A stretch of DNA of 64,000 bases from Candidatus Omnitrophota bacterium (GTDB taxonomy: Bacteria; Omnitrophota; Gorgyraeia; Pluralincolimonadales; Pluralincolimonadaceae), in contig PLNR01000008.1 in the NCBI GenBank assembly GCA_003141835.1, positions 61,564 to 125,563 of the forward strand, read 5' to 3'. How positions within the stretch are numbered: position 1 is the stretch's first letter; each line of letters begins with the position of its first letter. Below are positions 47,548-58,558 of this stretch, piece after piece. The notes under the pieces were generated by a model. It was not told where the DNA came from and made no database searches. It saw only the letters and a program-made list of their open reading frames with translations. Both the position numbers and the translations under genes were made by a program.

Positions 47548-49167
47548 TTAGAAGGTTACTTTCACACCGGTGGTCACGATCACAGCAGGGGTCGTGCTCT
47601 TGGTGTAGGAATCGCTGTTCCTTGTGTAGAATGTTTCCGGTATGAATACGCCGCCAGTCAAATCGAACTGGACATCTTCGGTGTAATCATACAGGATCGT
47701 TGTATCGACCTCATCACCGAGGTTGTAGCCTCTGTCATTGCCGCCGGTGGCGCCGATGCTGCCACTGCGCTCTGTCCAGAAGTGCAACCATCTTGTCTTG
47801 AGTGAGAGATCATCCATCGGTTTCAATCCGCCATCGACATACAGCGTTATCGCGTCTGTCGAACCGGACGGATCGTTCGGATCTAACGTCTGGTAGATGT
47901 TACCGCCGATGCCGTTCAACGCGGCCTGCTGGCCACCCATGTAACCGCGTATGAGTGAAAGCGAGTTGCCTCTGAACATCGGGTCCCATGCCGTCCACGT
48001 GCCGGTGTTGGCTTTGGACTGGCCGGAAAGTAACTCGAAACCTAAGCCTAAATTAGGCTTGTAGGCAACTTCTTTCCATGTGTAGTTACCATAGCCATTG
48101 ATGGCCCATGCCAACTTGCTTCTCTTGAGGTCTGAATTGTTGGTGGTCCTGTTGTACAGTCCCATGGTGTCTTCAATGTTGCCCCACTGTAACGCACCTT
48201 CGCCGTTAAGCACGAGGTTCTCGATAGGAGAGATATCGCCTCTCATACCGAATACATGCGTCTGTTCCCTGTTGTATACCCTGGTTCCTACGCCGGCGAC
48301 TGTCAAGTCGTTATAAGCAAGAAAGCCCGGGTTAGTTCCAACGAGGTCAAAATCAACGGGATCAATCAATCCCATGTCGCTGTTGAGCGTAGGATTGTCC
48401 TTGAAGAAGTAATAGGCTTCGGCCTTCGCGTTGTACTGATCGAACTTGTACGCGACGTTGATACCGGCCAGGTTCTCATCAAGGGATGATGTAAAGTTCT
48501 CGTTGATCTTCGAATAGATAGCATCGACCGTCCACGGGTCGAGGTCCAAGGTAGCGCGTATAGCGTCATAATATGTAGCATCGCTATACTGCAACCCTGC
48601 CGGGCCTGAGAACGGATAACCCTGATTGTTAGACGCAGCGCCCGGCACGAGGAACCTGTCCGTAGCTGTCATTTGCGGCTGAGCGAAGATACCCTGAGGA
48701 TCCCTGTAGATACCGGGTCCGATTATGAAACCGTTCCCGAATCTCAGGTCCTGACGACCGATCTTCAATGTCAATGGCTGATAGAAGAACTCCTTCAATG
48801 TGACGAAGGCTTTGTTCACCTGTACGCCGTCTCCACCAAATTGGCCGTTGCCCCATTTGGTCTGGTTCGATAAGACTATCGAGGCCGATACGTTATCGGT
48901 CAGGTCGGAATCTACTCCAACCTTGATCGTTGAAAGAACGAAGCTGGTCTGATCATCGTTTATCGAGGCGCCTGAACCGGCAGCCGAACCAATTCCAAAA
49001 CGGACAGCCGTGCTTTCCAATGACTTGTTTTTCAAGTCAAAGTTGTTCTGATAGATAGCCTGTTCCTCTATGGAACCGCTAACTTTAATGTTCTGTACCG
49101 CAGCAAACGAAGGAGCCGCTATCGCGACTACTATCGCAGCTACGAAGAGAACTTTCAATAACCTCAT
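47548..49167 (-). CDS. outer-membrane beta-barrel (porin-like) protein, paralog 2
   Basis: Paralog of 43539..45131; both followed by similar CCCCGGGG-type bidirectional terminators. Confidence 0.6.
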   Translation of the reverse strand: MRLLKVLFVAAIVVAIAAPSFAAVQNIKVSGSIEEQAIYQNNFDLKNKSLESTAVRFGIGSAAGSGASINDDQTSFVLSTIKVGVDSDLTDNVSASIVLSNQTKWGNGQFGGDGVQVNKAFVTLKEFFYQPLTLKIGRQDLRFGNGFIIGPGIYRDPQGIFAQPQMTATDRFLVPGAASNNQGYPFSGPAGLQYSDATYYDAIRATLDLDPWTVDAIYSKINENFTSSLDENLAGINVAYKFDQYNAKAEAYYFFKDNPTLNSDMGLIDPVDFDLVGTNPGFLAYNDLTVAGVGTRVYNREQTHVFGMRGDISPIENLVLNGEGALQWGNIEDTMGLYNRTTNNSDLKRSKLAWAINGYGNYTWKEVAYKPNLGLGFELLSGQSKANTGTWTAWDPMFRGNSLSLIRGYMGGQQAALNGIGGNIYQTLDPNDPSGSTDAITLYVDGGLKPMDDLSLKTRWLHFWTERSGSIGATGGNDRGYNLGDEVDTTILYDYTEDVQFDLTGGVFIPETFYTRNSDSYTKSTTPAVIVTTGVKVTF

Positions 49168-49441
49168 TGTGGATCTCCTTGGTTAAGTTATATTACGAAA
49201 CAGGTTTAAAAAACAAACCCACGTATTTTCCATTTATATTGCTTATCATCATGATTTTGATAGCTTCCGGCGTTTTAAGTTCATCCCTCCTCTCTCGCCA
49301 TGCTTGAAACCATCCATGATGTTAGAGCCTAACTTTGTGCTTAAATTAACATAACAGGGGGGGTTTGTCAAGCATTTTTTGCTGTTTTTTGGGTATTTTT
49401 TAATGACCCGCCGACGAGCCATGAATTCGGCATTTAAACGT

Positions 49442-50368
49442 TTATTTCCTTTCCAGCTGCACGGAGCGCTGGACCAATATCTTGAGTTTAGTCGATTCGG
49501 CGCCGCCTATGACGGCTGCCGCGTCGTCGACTGACATCCCGGATACGGATTTCCCGTCTATCGAGATGACCCTATCCTTTGCTTTCAGCCCGGCGAGGTC
49601 GGCCGGCCCGCCCGTTATGACACTGTTGATCAGGAGGTCCTTGCCCGCGGCATCCAGGAATATTCCCACCCCGACGAAGGAATTTTTCTGGTAGTCGATC
49701 TTCTTCCTTGTCAGTTCGCATTCCCTCTGCAGGAGGAAAGCGAAAGTGGTATTATCGCTCTTCGTGAGATAGCCGATTATCTCATCAAGGGATCTTCCGG
49801 CGCAGGCCATGTCGTTTATCTGGATCATCTCATCTTTTGGTTTTAATCCCACGGCTTCCGCATCCCCGCCCGCGGTGATGCCTATCAATACAGTCCGCCC
49901 TTCGGCAGAGTCGAGAATGAACCCGAAACCGTTTTTGACCTTGTCTCTTTTTTCGGCCGCTTCCCTTTCCTTCTGCTCTATCTCTTTCTTTTTCTTCGCC
50001 TCGGCATCAGCCTTGATCTTTTCCACTTTTGCCAGCGCGTCTTTCGCGGGCTGGAAGCCGGCATTCAACCGGAGGGCTTTTTTATACTGTTCAACGGCTG
50101 CCTCGAAATTATTTGAAACGAGGAACTGGTTCCCAAGGTTGACGAGGTTCTCCTCCGCGGATAATTTTTTTATTTCCGAAACCATATCCTTGTTGACCTT
50201 CATCGTACCGATCTTGATCTTCACGTTGTAAAAGTCATTTCCCTCATCGGTAATGACCCCCTCGATCTTCCTGCCGTCTTTCAAGGTGATAGTATCGGCC
50301 CTGGCCGCGGGCCCAAGGCAGGCCCCCAAGGCGCAAACGGTAAATAGTAAGATAAAAATACCCCGCAT
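49442..50368 (-). CDS. periplasmic protein with TPR-like and two PDZ domains
   Basis: Signal peptide starting at MMRGIFILLF with an AGGAGG SD; GLKPKDEMI and GLKAKDRVISIDG PDZ motifs. Confidence 0.6.
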   Translation of the reverse strand: MRGIFILLFTVCALGACLGPAARADTITLKDGRKIEGVITDEGNDFYNVKIKIGTMKVNKDMVSEIKKLSAEENLVNLGNQFLVSNNFEAAVEQYKKALRLNAGFQPAKDALAKVEKIKADAEAKKKKEIEQKEREAAEKRDKVKNGFGFILDSAEGRTVLIGITAGGDAEAVGLKPKDEMIQINDMACAGRSLDEIIGYLTKSDNTTFAFLLQRECELTRKKIDYQKNSFVGVGIFLDAAGKDLLINSVITGGPADLAGLKAKDRVISIDGKSVSGMSVDDAAAVIGGAESTKLKILVQRSVQLERK

Positions 50369-50538
50369 CATAGCCTCCTTTCTATTGAATCTTATTATAG
50401 GGATATCATGCGGAATCTGCAACCATTTTTCGGGGATATTTTTTTTAGGGGGGATTGTTTCACATAGTAAGAGAGGGACAGAATTTCTTCCATCCCTCTA
50501 TTTATTATAATGTCCTATAGGAACTGTATTAACTGATG

Positions 50539-50889
50539 TTATTTCGTCGGCTGTCCGATGAATTCTGGGTTCAACCAGGTTTTTTCATACGGAGGAATCG
50601 GGAACGTTACGGTGTCAAAAAGACCAGAAGCCGTCCTGACTATACCCTTGACCGTTCCTTTAATGCCACCGACGATGACGCCAAACACCGGGTTGCTCTC
50701 CTTTATCGACTTATCCATCGCTATAGGGATCTCAACCCAACCTGTCGCAAAGTTAGCTAAACCTCTGCGCAGTTTGCTTCCGGCGTTAGCGGCATAGCTC
50801 GGTACTGCCATTCCGATCAACAATGATATAACAAAGAGTACTAAGACCGTTTTCCATACGTTGTTCTTAAACATGACTTTTTGTGTCAC
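50539..50889 (-). CDS. hypothetical exported protein
   Basis: Signal peptide; 116 aa. Confidence 0.45.
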   Translation of the reverse strand: MTQKVMFKNNVWKTVLVLFVISLLIGMAVPSYAANAGSKLRRGLANFATGWVEIPIAMDKSIKESNPVFGVIVGGIKGTVKGIVRTASGLFDTVTFPIPPYEKTWLNPEFIGQPTK

Positions 50890-50953
50890 CTCCTCTCGAT
50901 TAACATCATTGACGAAAATATAACATAGTAGTAATATTTTGTCAACAAAAAAA

Positions 50954-51595
50954 TTATAAATTTGCTAAAAGCGCCGAAGAATTGACAAAAGCCGCCTTTA
51001 CCTGCCCGGCCGAAAGCCCGCACCCCGCGAGGATCATAGCCGCTTTATCCTTTGTTATAAGGTCTCCCGGGCTATGGGAATCGGTATTTATGACGAGCCC
51101 GGCTTTCGCTTGCGCCGCGATGCGCGCGACGTGCCCGTTCGTGAGCGAATGGCCGTTCTTGGCGGTTATCTCAAGGTATATCCCTCGTTTTGCGGCGGTC
51201 CTGGCGTCTTTTAGCGTTATCAGCCCGGGATGGGCAAGTATATTTATATCGCATTCGAGCGCCTCAGCGTTAGTACCGGGTATTACAGGCTCGACTATCG
51301 TCTCGCCGTGGACCAGGACCAGTTTTATCCCGTTGGCCCGCGCGTAAGTCACAAGGCCGCGCAGGTCTTTAGGAGGCACATGGGTCAGCTCTATCCCCGG
51401 AACTACTTTTATTTTGGATGAAGTAAGGACCTTTGCCGCCTTGACTATCCTCGGGACGAGGAAATCGATATTGGAGGCGTCGGCGTGGTCTGCCAGGCCT
51501 ATCCCCTTATAGCCGATAACGTAAGCTCTTCTCACCAATTCCGAAGGCAGGAGCGCCCCGTCGCTTAATAACGTATGGGTATGGAAGTCTATCAT
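50954..51595 (-). CDS. PHP-domain phosphoesterase (histidinol-phosphatase family)
   Basis: N-terminal MIDFHTHTLLSDG. Confidence 0.75.
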   Translation of the reverse strand: MIDFHTHTLLSDGALLPSELVRRAYVIGYKGIGLADHADASNIDFLVPRIVKAAKVLTSSKIKVVPGIELTHVPPKDLRGLVTYARANGIKLVLVHGETIVEPVIPGTNAEALECDINILAHPGLITLKDARTAAKRGIYLEITAKNGHSLTNGHVARIAAQAKAGLVINTDSHSPGDLITKDKAAMILAGCGLSAGQVKAAFVNSSALLANL

Positions 51596-51629
51596 AAAAG
51601 GGACCTTTCGTTGTCGTCCTTATTATATC

Positions 51630-51706
51630 TGGTGGGCCTGAGAGGACTCGAACCTCCCGCACGCGGTTTAGGAAACCGCTGCTCTATCCAGATGAGCTAC
51701 AGGCCC
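51630..51706 (-). tRNA. tRNA-Arg (anticodon CCT) with encoded CCA
   Basis: The reverse complement gives GGGCCTGTAGCTCATCTGGATAGAGCAGCGGTTTCCTAAACCGC...GGTTCGAGTCC...CAGGCCCACCA; anticodon loop UUCCUAA. Confidence 0.85.
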
Positions 51707-51739
51707 ATTGAAGACCTTCCCCATTCCAACTTAGGAAGG

Positions 51740-52273
51740 TCAAAATTCTATCAGCGAGAAGACCTGCCGGCCCTTAAGGCGTTCGCGGCCTTTAAGGAAA
51801 GTCAATTCGATCAGGAAAGCGACCTCGACTATCTTTCCCCCCATCTTTTCAATGAGGCCTGATACCGCGCTCATCGTGCCGCCTGTAGCCAGCAAGTCAT
51901 CGACCAGCAATACCTTGTCGCCGGGACTTATCGCATCTTTGTGTATCTCGAGAGTATCGGTCCCGTATTCCAATTGGTACTCGACCCTGTGCGTCTCATG
52001 GGGCAATTTGCCTTTCTTGCGGACAGGGACAAGGCCGGCGCCGAGCTTGTAAGCTAAGGCGCTGCCGAATATAAAACCCCTCGCCTCTATCGAGACGACC
52101 TTGTCTATCGTCTTTCCATTATATCTTTCAACGAGGCAGTCTATCGCCCCCTGGAATTTTTTGCCGTCCTTGAGGAGCGTGGTGATATCCTTGAATATGA
52201 TGCCCTTTTTCGGGAAGTCGGGAATATCGCGGATCGAATTTTTCAGCTCTTCAACGATCTTGATATCGGCCAT
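51740..52273 (-). CDS. apt: adenine phosphoribosyltransferase
   Basis: [16 protein letters not shown]-binding motif; 177 aa. Confidence 0.85.
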   Translation of the reverse strand: MADIKIVEELKNSIRDIPDFPKKGIIFKDITTLLKDGKKFQGAIDCLVERYNGKTIDKVVSIEARGFIFGSALAYKLGAGLVPVRKKGKLPHETHRVEYQLEYGTDTLEIHKDAISPGDKVLLVDDLLATGGTMSAVSGLIEKMGGKIVEVAFLIELTFLKGRERLKGRQVFSLIEF

Positions 52274-53124
52274 TATTGCATCTCCTGGGTCGTCATGTTC
52301 TTCCTGAGTTTCCTTAACGATGCCTCTTCTATCTGCCTTACCCTCTCCCTCGTTATCTTGAATTTGTCCGCGACCTCTTCGAGGGTGTGGGGAACGTCGT
52401 CCTTTAGGCCGAACCTCATGTTGAGTATCTCCTGTTCCCTCTTGTTCATCTTCTTGAAAAGGTCGGTGATCTTCTCCTGGCGGAGGAAATTGGACAGCTC
52501 ATCGCTGGCCGAGGACGCCTTCGTGTCCTCTATAAGGTCCATCATCGTCCCGCTGTCGTCCTCGCCTACCGGTGATTCAAGCGAAGTAGGCTGCGTCATG
52601 ACGGTCTCGAGTTCATGGGCTTTCTTTATCGGTATCCTCATTGCCTTGGCGATCTCGGCGGTCGAGGGTTTCCTCCCGAGTTTCTGGGAAAGTTTTTCGA
52701 TAACCTTCTTCCACCTTGAAGTGAGCTCCATCATATAAACAGGGATCCTGACCGTTTTTCCCTGGTTGGCCACGGCGCGCAGGACGTACTGTTTTATCCA
52801 CCACGCGGCATATGTTGAGAAACGGAACCCTTTCTTGGGGTTGAATTTCTTGACGGCCTTCATCAGGCCGAGGTTCCCTTCTTCTATCAGGTCGAGGAGA
52901 GGTACTCCGAAGTAGCTGTATTTCTTCGCGATGCTGACGACAAGGCGGAGGTTCGATTGTATCATCTTCTTCTCCGCCTTGACGTCGCCTTTTTTGGCCA
53001 GGTTGGTTAATTCGACCTCTTCCTGGGCGGTCAGAAGCGGTATCTTCTCTATATCCTTAAGATACGCCTTGATCGGTTCCATAGAGTTATTATTTCTCCT
53101 TAAGTACCGCTTGCGCCGCGGCAA
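52273..53124 (-). CDS. sigma-70 family RNA polymerase sigma factor (start possibly at internal Met 53082)
   Basis: Region 2 [10 protein letters not shown]; region 4 [22 protein letters not shown]. Confidence 0.75.
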   Translation of the reverse strand: MPRRKRYLRRNNNSMEPIKAYLKDIEKIPLLTAQEEVELTNLAKKGDVKAEKKMIQSNLRLVVSIAKKYSYFGVPLLDLIEEGNLGLMKAVKKFNPKKGFRFSTYAAWWIKQYVLRAVANQGKTVRIPVYMMELTSRWKKVIEKLSQKLGRKPSTAEIAKAMRIPIKKAHELETVMTQPTSLESPVGEDDSGTMMDLIEDTKASSASDELSNFLRQEKITDLFKKMNKREQEILNMRFGLKDDVPHTLEEVADKFKITRERVRQIEEASLRKLRKNMTTQEMQ

Positions 53125-55837
53125 GCCTTGCTATAGGCACGCGGAACGGCGAGCAGCTCACATAATTCATCCCGACCTTGTTGCAGAATTCCACGGAACG
53201 CGGGTCTCCGCCGTGTTCGCCGCAGATGCCGACTTCGAGGTCCTTACGGCCTTTCCTGCCGCGCTCTATGCCTATCTTGATTATCTCTCCGATGCCTTCC
53301 TGGTCGATTGTCTGGAACGGGTCGTCCGGGAGTATGCCCTTCCTAAGATAATCCGGGAGGAACCCGCCGATATCGTCGCGCGAGAAACCGAAGCCCATCT
53401 GCGTCATGTCGTTGGTCCCGAACGAGAAGAACTGCGCGACCTTTGCGAGTTTGTCGGCCACTATTGCCGCTCTCGGTATTTCTATCATCGTGCCGAACAT
53501 GTGCTTGATCGACTTTAAGTTGTACTTCTCAAGTACTTCGGCATATACTCTCTTCGCTATCACGAGCTGGTCATCGAGCTCTTTCACGTCGCAGACGACC
53601 GGCACCATTATCTCGGGATAAGGCTTCTTTCCTTCCTTGATAAGCTCGGCGGCAGACTCGAATATTGCGCGTATCTGCATCTCACTTACTTCGGGATAGG
53701 TCACTCCTAAACGCACGCCGCGATGCCCCATCATCGGGTTCGATTCATGGAGGGCTTCGGCGCGTTTCGCGAGCTCATCCATGGATATGTTGAGGTCCTT
53801 GGCGAGCTGTTCGAGTTTTTCCTTTTCACGCGGCACGAACTCGTGCAGCGGAGGGTCGAGCAGCCTGATGACGACCGGATAACCGTCCATCGCCTCGATG
53901 GTCCCCTTGATGTCTTTCTTTACGTAAGGGTAGAGCTCGTTTATCGCCTTCTTCCTCTCTTCCAGGGTATTCGAGACGATCATCTTCCTTAATATGAAGA
54001 GCGGCTCGTCCGAACCCTTACCGTAGAACATATGCTCCGTCCTGAAGAGGCCGATGCCTTTGGCGCCGAATTGGCGCGCCCTTGTGGCGTCTTCCGGAGT
54101 GTCGGCATTCGTCCTTACTCCAAGTTTCTTTATAGTGTCGCAGACCTTGAGGAAATCGTTGAGCAATTGGTTCTCAGAGGAAGCGTCCATCATCGGCAGT
54201 TTGCCTTCGTAGACATTTCCTTTGGTACCGTTTAAGGTTATCCAATCGCCTTCCTTTAACGTTATGCCGTCCGCTTTCGCCTCTTTTCTATCGTGATCGA
54301 CATGCAGAGCGCCGCAGCCTACGACGCAGCATTTTCCCCAGCCGCGCGCGACTAACGCCGCGTGCGAGGTCATGCCGCCGCGTGCCGTAAGGATGGCTTC
54401 CGCCGCCCTCATGCCTTCGACATCCTCGGGATTGGTCTCCTCGCGGACGAGGATGACTCTCTTGCCCTGCTTCCTCCATTCGACCGCGTCATTCGCGGAA
54501 AACACTATCTGGCCGCACGCGCCGCCGGGCCCGGCCGGAAGGCCTTTTGCCATGGGCTTGTGCGCCAATTCGACTTTCGGGTCGATTATGGGGTGTAAAA
54601 GCTCATCGAGCTGCGCCGGCGTTACACGCATCACGGCGGTATTTTTGTCTATCAATTTTTCCTTGAGCATGTCGACAGCCATGCGGACGGCAGCCGGGCC
54701 GTTGCGTTTCCCGGATCGGCACTGGAGCATGAATAACCTGTCCTTCTCTATCGTGAACTCGATATCCTGCATGTCATGGTAATGTTTTTCCAGGCGCTTG
54801 CGGAAATCTACCAGTTCCTTGTAGATCTTTGGCATCACCTCTTCAAGCGTCTTTAAGGATTTGTTATGATCCGATTTCGAATAGCCGTTTATAGGCCCGG
54901 GCGTGCGGATACCCGCGACGACATCTTCTCCCTGGGCGTTAATAAGGTATTCCCCGTAAAAACCGTTCTCGCCGTTGCCGGGATTGCGGGTGAACGCGAC
55001 GCCTGTAGCCGAATCCTCGCCCATGTTCCCGAATACCATCGTCTGGACGTTTACAGCCGTGCCCCATTCATCAGGGATCCCCTCGATGCGGCGGTAGCTT
55101 ATGGCGCGCTTGCCGTTCCACGACGCGAATACCGCGCCGACCCCGCCCCACATCTGTTCCATCGGTTCATCCGGAAATTCCTTTTTCAGGACTTCCTTTA
55201 TCTTTGCCTTGTACTGGTTGCAGATCAACTTGAGGTCGTCTGCGGTCATATCCGTGTCGCTGGAATATCCTTTTTCCTTCTTTAATTTATCCATTATCCT
55301 TTCCAGCTGCTTGCGGATACCCATATCGTCCGCAGGCTCGATCCCGGCGGCTTTTTCCATGACGACGTCCGAATACATAGTTATCAACCTGCGGTACGCG
55401 TCGTATACAAAACGGGTGTTCCCGCCGCTCTGTTTGATGAGGCCGGGGATCGTCTTCTCGGTGAGGCCGACGTTCAATACCGTCTCCATCATTCCGGGCA
55501 TCGATTTGCGCGCGCCGGAACGGACCGATACCAACAGCGGGTTGGCCGGATCGCCGAATTTCCTGCCCATCAATTTCTCGACCTGCGCAAGCGCCTTATT
55601 CAATTGTTCCTTTAGCGCCGCGGGGTATCTCCTCTTATTCTCGTAATAATATGTGCATACTTCGGTGGTTATGGTAAACCCCGGAGGAACGGGCAGTTTT
55701 AAGTCCTTGTGGCCCGCCATCTCTGCGAGATTGGCGCCTTTGCCACCCAGGAGATTTTTCATGCTTTCGTTGCCGTCAGCCTTGCCGCCACCGAAAGAGT
55801 AAACGTATTTTTTGCTGCCCTTTGACTTTGTTGCCAT
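53090..55837 (-). CDS. ppdK: pyruvate, phosphate dikinase
   Basis: N-terminal FGGGKADGN...LLGGKGANLAEM; phospho-His motif GGMTSHAALVARGWGK; 915 aa. Confidence 0.9.
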   Translation of the reverse strand: MATKSKGSKKYVYSFGGGKADGNESMKNLLGGKGANLAEMAGHKDLKLPVPPGFTITTEVCTYYYENKRRYPAALKEQLNKALAQVEKLMGRKFGDPANPLLVSVRSGARKSMPGMMETVLNVGLTEKTIPGLIKQSGGNTRFVYDAYRRLITMYSDVVMEKAAGIEPADDMGIRKQLERIMDKLKKEKGYSSDTDMTADDLKLICNQYKAKIKEVLKKEFPDEPMEQMWGGVGAVFASWNGKRAISYRRIEGIPDEWGTAVNVQTMVFGNMGEDSATGVAFTRNPGNGENGFYGEYLINAQGEDVVAGIRTPGPINGYSKSDHNKSLKTLEEVMPKIYKELVDFRKRLEKHYHDMQDIEFTIEKDRLFMLQCRSGKRNGPAAVRMAVDMLKEKLIDKNTAVMRVTPAQLDELLHPIIDPKVELAHKPMAKGLPAGPGGACGQIVFSANDAVEWRKQGKRVILVREETNPEDVEGMRAAEAILTARGGMTSHAALVARGWGKCCVVGCGALHVDHDRKEAKADGITLKEGDWITLNGTKGNVYEGKLPMMDASSENQLLNDFLKVCDTIKKLGVRTNADTPEDATRARQFGAKGIGLFRTEHMFYGKGSDEPLFILRKMIVSNTLEERKKAINELYPYVKKDIKGTIEAMDGYPVVIRLLDPPLHEFVPREKEKLEQLAKDLNISMDELAKRAEALHESNPMMGHRGVRLGVTYPEVSEMQIRAIFESAAELIKEGKKPYPEIMVPVVCDVKELDDQLVIAKRVYAEVLEKYNLKSIKHMFGTMIEIPRAAIVADKLAKVAQFFSFGTNDMTQMGFGFSRDDIGGFLPDYLRKGILPDDPFQTIDQEGIGEIIKIGIERGRKGRKDLEVGICGEHGGDPRSVEFCNKVGMNYVSCSPFRVPIARLAAAQAVLKEK

Positions 55838-55865
55838 TGCTTTACAACCCCCTTTTCTTAGTTGC

Positions 55866-57170
55866 CTACCTTAGCTTTTCTTCCAAATAGTTCTTTAAAT
55901 TATCGACGGGAACCCGTTCCTGCTGCATCGTATCCCTTTGGCGCACCGTCACCTGTTTATCTTCCAGCGATTGCACGTCCACGGTTACGCAGTAAAGCGT
56001 GCCCACTTCGTCCTGCCGGCGGTAAAGCTTGCCGATCGCGCCTGTATCGTCGTATACCGTGACCATGCTCTTCTTGAGATCTTTCGTGATACTTTTTGCC
56101 AGCTCTACTATTTCCGGGCGGTTCCTTAAAAGCGGCAGTACCGCAACCTTTACAGGAGCCAGATCTTTATTAAGTTTTAAGACTACCCGCATATCATCTT
56201 TGACCTTCTCTTCGTTATAGGCATCCACCAGTAACGCCAGGACGCTCCTGTCCACTCCGCCGGAAGGTTCAATGATATAGGGATAGAATTTTTCTTTTGT
56301 CGCAGCGTCAAAATATTGGAGCTCCTGGCCGCTTGCCTTACTGTGCTGCTTCAGGTCGAAATCCGTGCGGTTAGCAATGCCCTCCAGTTCGCTCCAGCCG
56401 AAAGGAAAATTATATTCTATATCGGTGCAGGCCTTGGCGTAATGAGCCAGCTCTTCCTTGCCGTGGGGACGCAGGCGTAAATTGTCTTTCTTGATGCCTA
56501 AACCGAGGTACCAGTTAAAGCGCGTTTCGACCCATTCGTCCAGCTTTTTATCCGCTTCTTCGGGGCGGACAAAATATTCTATCTCCATCTGTTCGAACTC
56601 GCGCGTGCGGAAAGTGAAGTTGCCGGGCGTTATCTCGTTGCGGAACGCCTTGCCGATCTGTGCCAGTCCGAAAGGCAGCTTCGGATGCCTCGTGTCCAGG
56701 ATATTCATGAAATTCACGAACATCCCCTGCGCTGTCTCGGGCCGGAGATATATAGCGCTCGTCGAGTCTTCCACCACGCCCTGGTACGTTTTGAACATCA
56801 GGTTGAACGGCCGCGCCTCGGTCAATTCGCCGCCGCATTCCGGGCATTTTCTGCTCCCTTTAAGGTCCTCGGCCTTAAACCTTTTCTTGCACGACTTACA
56901 GTCGCTCTTCAGGTCAAAGAAATTCTCTACGTGGCCTGAAGCCTGCCAAACCCTGGGATTCATGAGGATCGCCGCGTCCATTCCGTATACGTCATCCCGC
57001 CCGTGAACGACGGACTTCCACCAGGAGCGCTTAAGGTTGTTCTTCAGCTCGGCGCCGTAGGGACCGTAGTCCCAGGTATTGCTCAAGCCGCCGTAGATCC
57101 CGGATGATTGAAAGATGAAACCCCGGCGCTTGCATAGTGAAACGACTTTGTCCATCAGGTTTTCGTTCAT
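55866..57170 (-). CDS. glyQS: glycine--tRNA ligase (dimeric type)
   Basis: N-terminal RRGFIFQSSGIYGGLSNTWDYGPYG. Confidence 0.85.
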   Translation of the reverse strand: MNENLMDKVVSLCKRRGFIFQSSGIYGGLSNTWDYGPYGAELKNNLKRSWWKSVVHGRDDVYGMDAAILMNPRVWQASGHVENFFDLKSDCKSCKKRFKAEDLKGSRKCPECGGELTEARPFNLMFKTYQGVVEDSTSAIYLRPETAQGMFVNFMNILDTRHPKLPFGLAQIGKAFRNEITPGNFTFRTREFEQMEIEYFVRPEEADKKLDEWVETRFNWYLGLGIKKDNLRLRPHGKEELAHYAKACTDIEYNFPFGWSELEGIANRTDFDLKQHSKASGQELQYFDAATKEKFYPYIIEPSGGVDRSVLALLVDAYNEEKVKDDMRVVLKLNKDLAPVKVAVLPLLRNRPEIVELAKSITKDLKKSMVTVYDDTGAIGKLYRRQDEVGTLYCVTVDVQSLEDKQVTVRQRDTMQQERVPVDNLKNYLEEKLR

Positions 57171-57242
57171 AGTTTTTTCAATTTAAGCATAGGTCAAATA
57201 AAATATCACAGATTGGATAAAATATCAAGTTGTTCCTGGCCT

Positions 57243-57923
57243 TTACTCCCGTTTATTCAGCCTCTTTATCTCGTTAAGGAATTTTTTCGATCTCAACGGC
57301 CTGTCGAGGTGCGATGCCAGGAGTTTGTCGACAACCGAACCGAGCTCCTGCTCTATCGACTTCGATATCCTGAATTTCAACAGGGAATCCCACGCGGCGT
57401 TCTTGAGCCGGTTGAATGTCTGGGCCGTCCCCAAGGATACCTTGACCCCTCCGACGCTGCTGCCTTCGGCTGTCGGGCCGAAACCCAGCAGTGTCAAAAG
57501 GCGGATCTCGAATATCCGGGTTATCTTCGTCGGTTCCGATCCCTTGGCCAGGAGTTTCAGTGAGTTAAGGAGGAGGCCGTATATCTCCTCGTTCTTCTCC
57601 GCCGGCTCGGTCAACTCGTCGACCAGCTCGACCAGGTACGTCGCGTACGCGATCGCGCCCAGGCTCTTGCGTATGCCGAAGAACCCGTCTTCCAAATCGC
57701 ACTGCGTTATATTCTGGAAGTCGCTCTTCGCTTTTTCATAGAACACTATCTTGTTAAGCCCGAACAATTCCGCGGGACTCCCGTATTTCGACCTGTCGCC
57801 GCGGATCCCTTTTAGGACCCCTTTTATCTTGCCGAAATCCTTGGAATAAAAAGTCGCTAGCATGCTTGTTTCCCTGAGGTCCCGCCTGTTAAGGACGACG
57901 GCCTCAGTTGTCTGTATCGCCAT
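57243..57923 (-). CDS. recO: DNA repair protein RecO
   Basis: 226 aa; RecO N-terminal OB-fold pattern (TEAVVLNRRDLRETS...GKIKGVLKGIR). Confidence 0.7.
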   Translation of the reverse strand: MAIQTTEAVVLNRRDLRETSMLATFYSKDFGKIKGVLKGIRGDRSKYGSPAELFGLNKIVFYEKAKSDFQNITQCDLEDGFFGIRKSLGAIAYATYLVELVDELTEPAEKNEEIYGLLLNSLKLLAKGSEPTKITRIFEIRLLTLLGFGPTAEGSSVGGVKVSLGTAQTFNRLKNAAWDSLLKFRISKSIEQELGSVVDKLLASHLDRPLRSKKFLNEIKRLNKRE

Positions 57924-58551
57924 CCTTCTTCTTTATTTTGACCCTTTCGGGCAGCGGGACGATCCCTCCCGAGATGACCAGCTTAAGCCCCTCATCGATC
58001 GTCATGTCGACGCTTATTACCTCTTCTTCGGGAATTAAAAGAAGGAAACCTGTCGCGGGATTTGGGGTGCTTGGCACGTAAACGTTCAACAATTTGCCGC
58101 GTCCGCTTTCATATTTATTTTCCGCGGTGATGAAAGCTACGGCATAGGAGCCCTTGCGCGGGAACTCCACAAGGACGACTCTTGTAAAGGTGCTCTTGGA
58201 TCGGCCGAAAAGAAGATGGCTTATCTCCCTGATAGTACCGTAAATCTTGCCTAGCATGGGGAATTGGACGAATTTCATTTCCAGGAATAAGAAGAATTCC
58301 TTCAGGAAGATAAGCCTCGTCCCAAAGCCGATGAAGGCAATAGCCAGCACAGTAAAGATAAGTATGAGGACTTTGGCAATGTATTCCAGTATCGTGCTGT
58401 CCAAAATAAAAGGCCTGAGAAATTGGACAAGCGGCTCCAGTAGGAGCATGTTCGCCCTGCCTATTACAAACTTCACGAGCCAGATCGTTAAGAGCGCCGG
58501 AAGCAGGACCGCGAAACCGGTAATGAAGTTCCTTCTCAGGCTTTTCAGCAT
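57904..58551 (-). CDS. DUF502 membrane protein
   Basis: MLKSLRRNFITGFAVLLPALLTIWLV is a typical DUF502 N-terminus. Confidence 0.65.
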   Translation of the reverse strand: MLKSLRRNFITGFAVLLPALLTIWLVKFVIGRANMLLLEPLVQFLRPFILDSTILEYIAKVLILIFTVLAIAFIGFGTRLIFLKEFFLFLEMKFVQFPMLGKIYGTIREISHLLFGRSKSTFTRVVLVEFPRKGSYAVAFITAENKYESGRGKLLNVYVPSTPNPATGFLLLIPEEEVISVDMTIDEGLKLVISGGIVPLPERVKIKKKDGDTDN

Positions 58552-58558
58552 AATTTTC

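Noticed and set aside
52295-55646. Plus-strand ORFs (147-195 aa) within the sigma factor and ppdK genes
   Set aside because: Antisense to strongly supported genes; biased composition.
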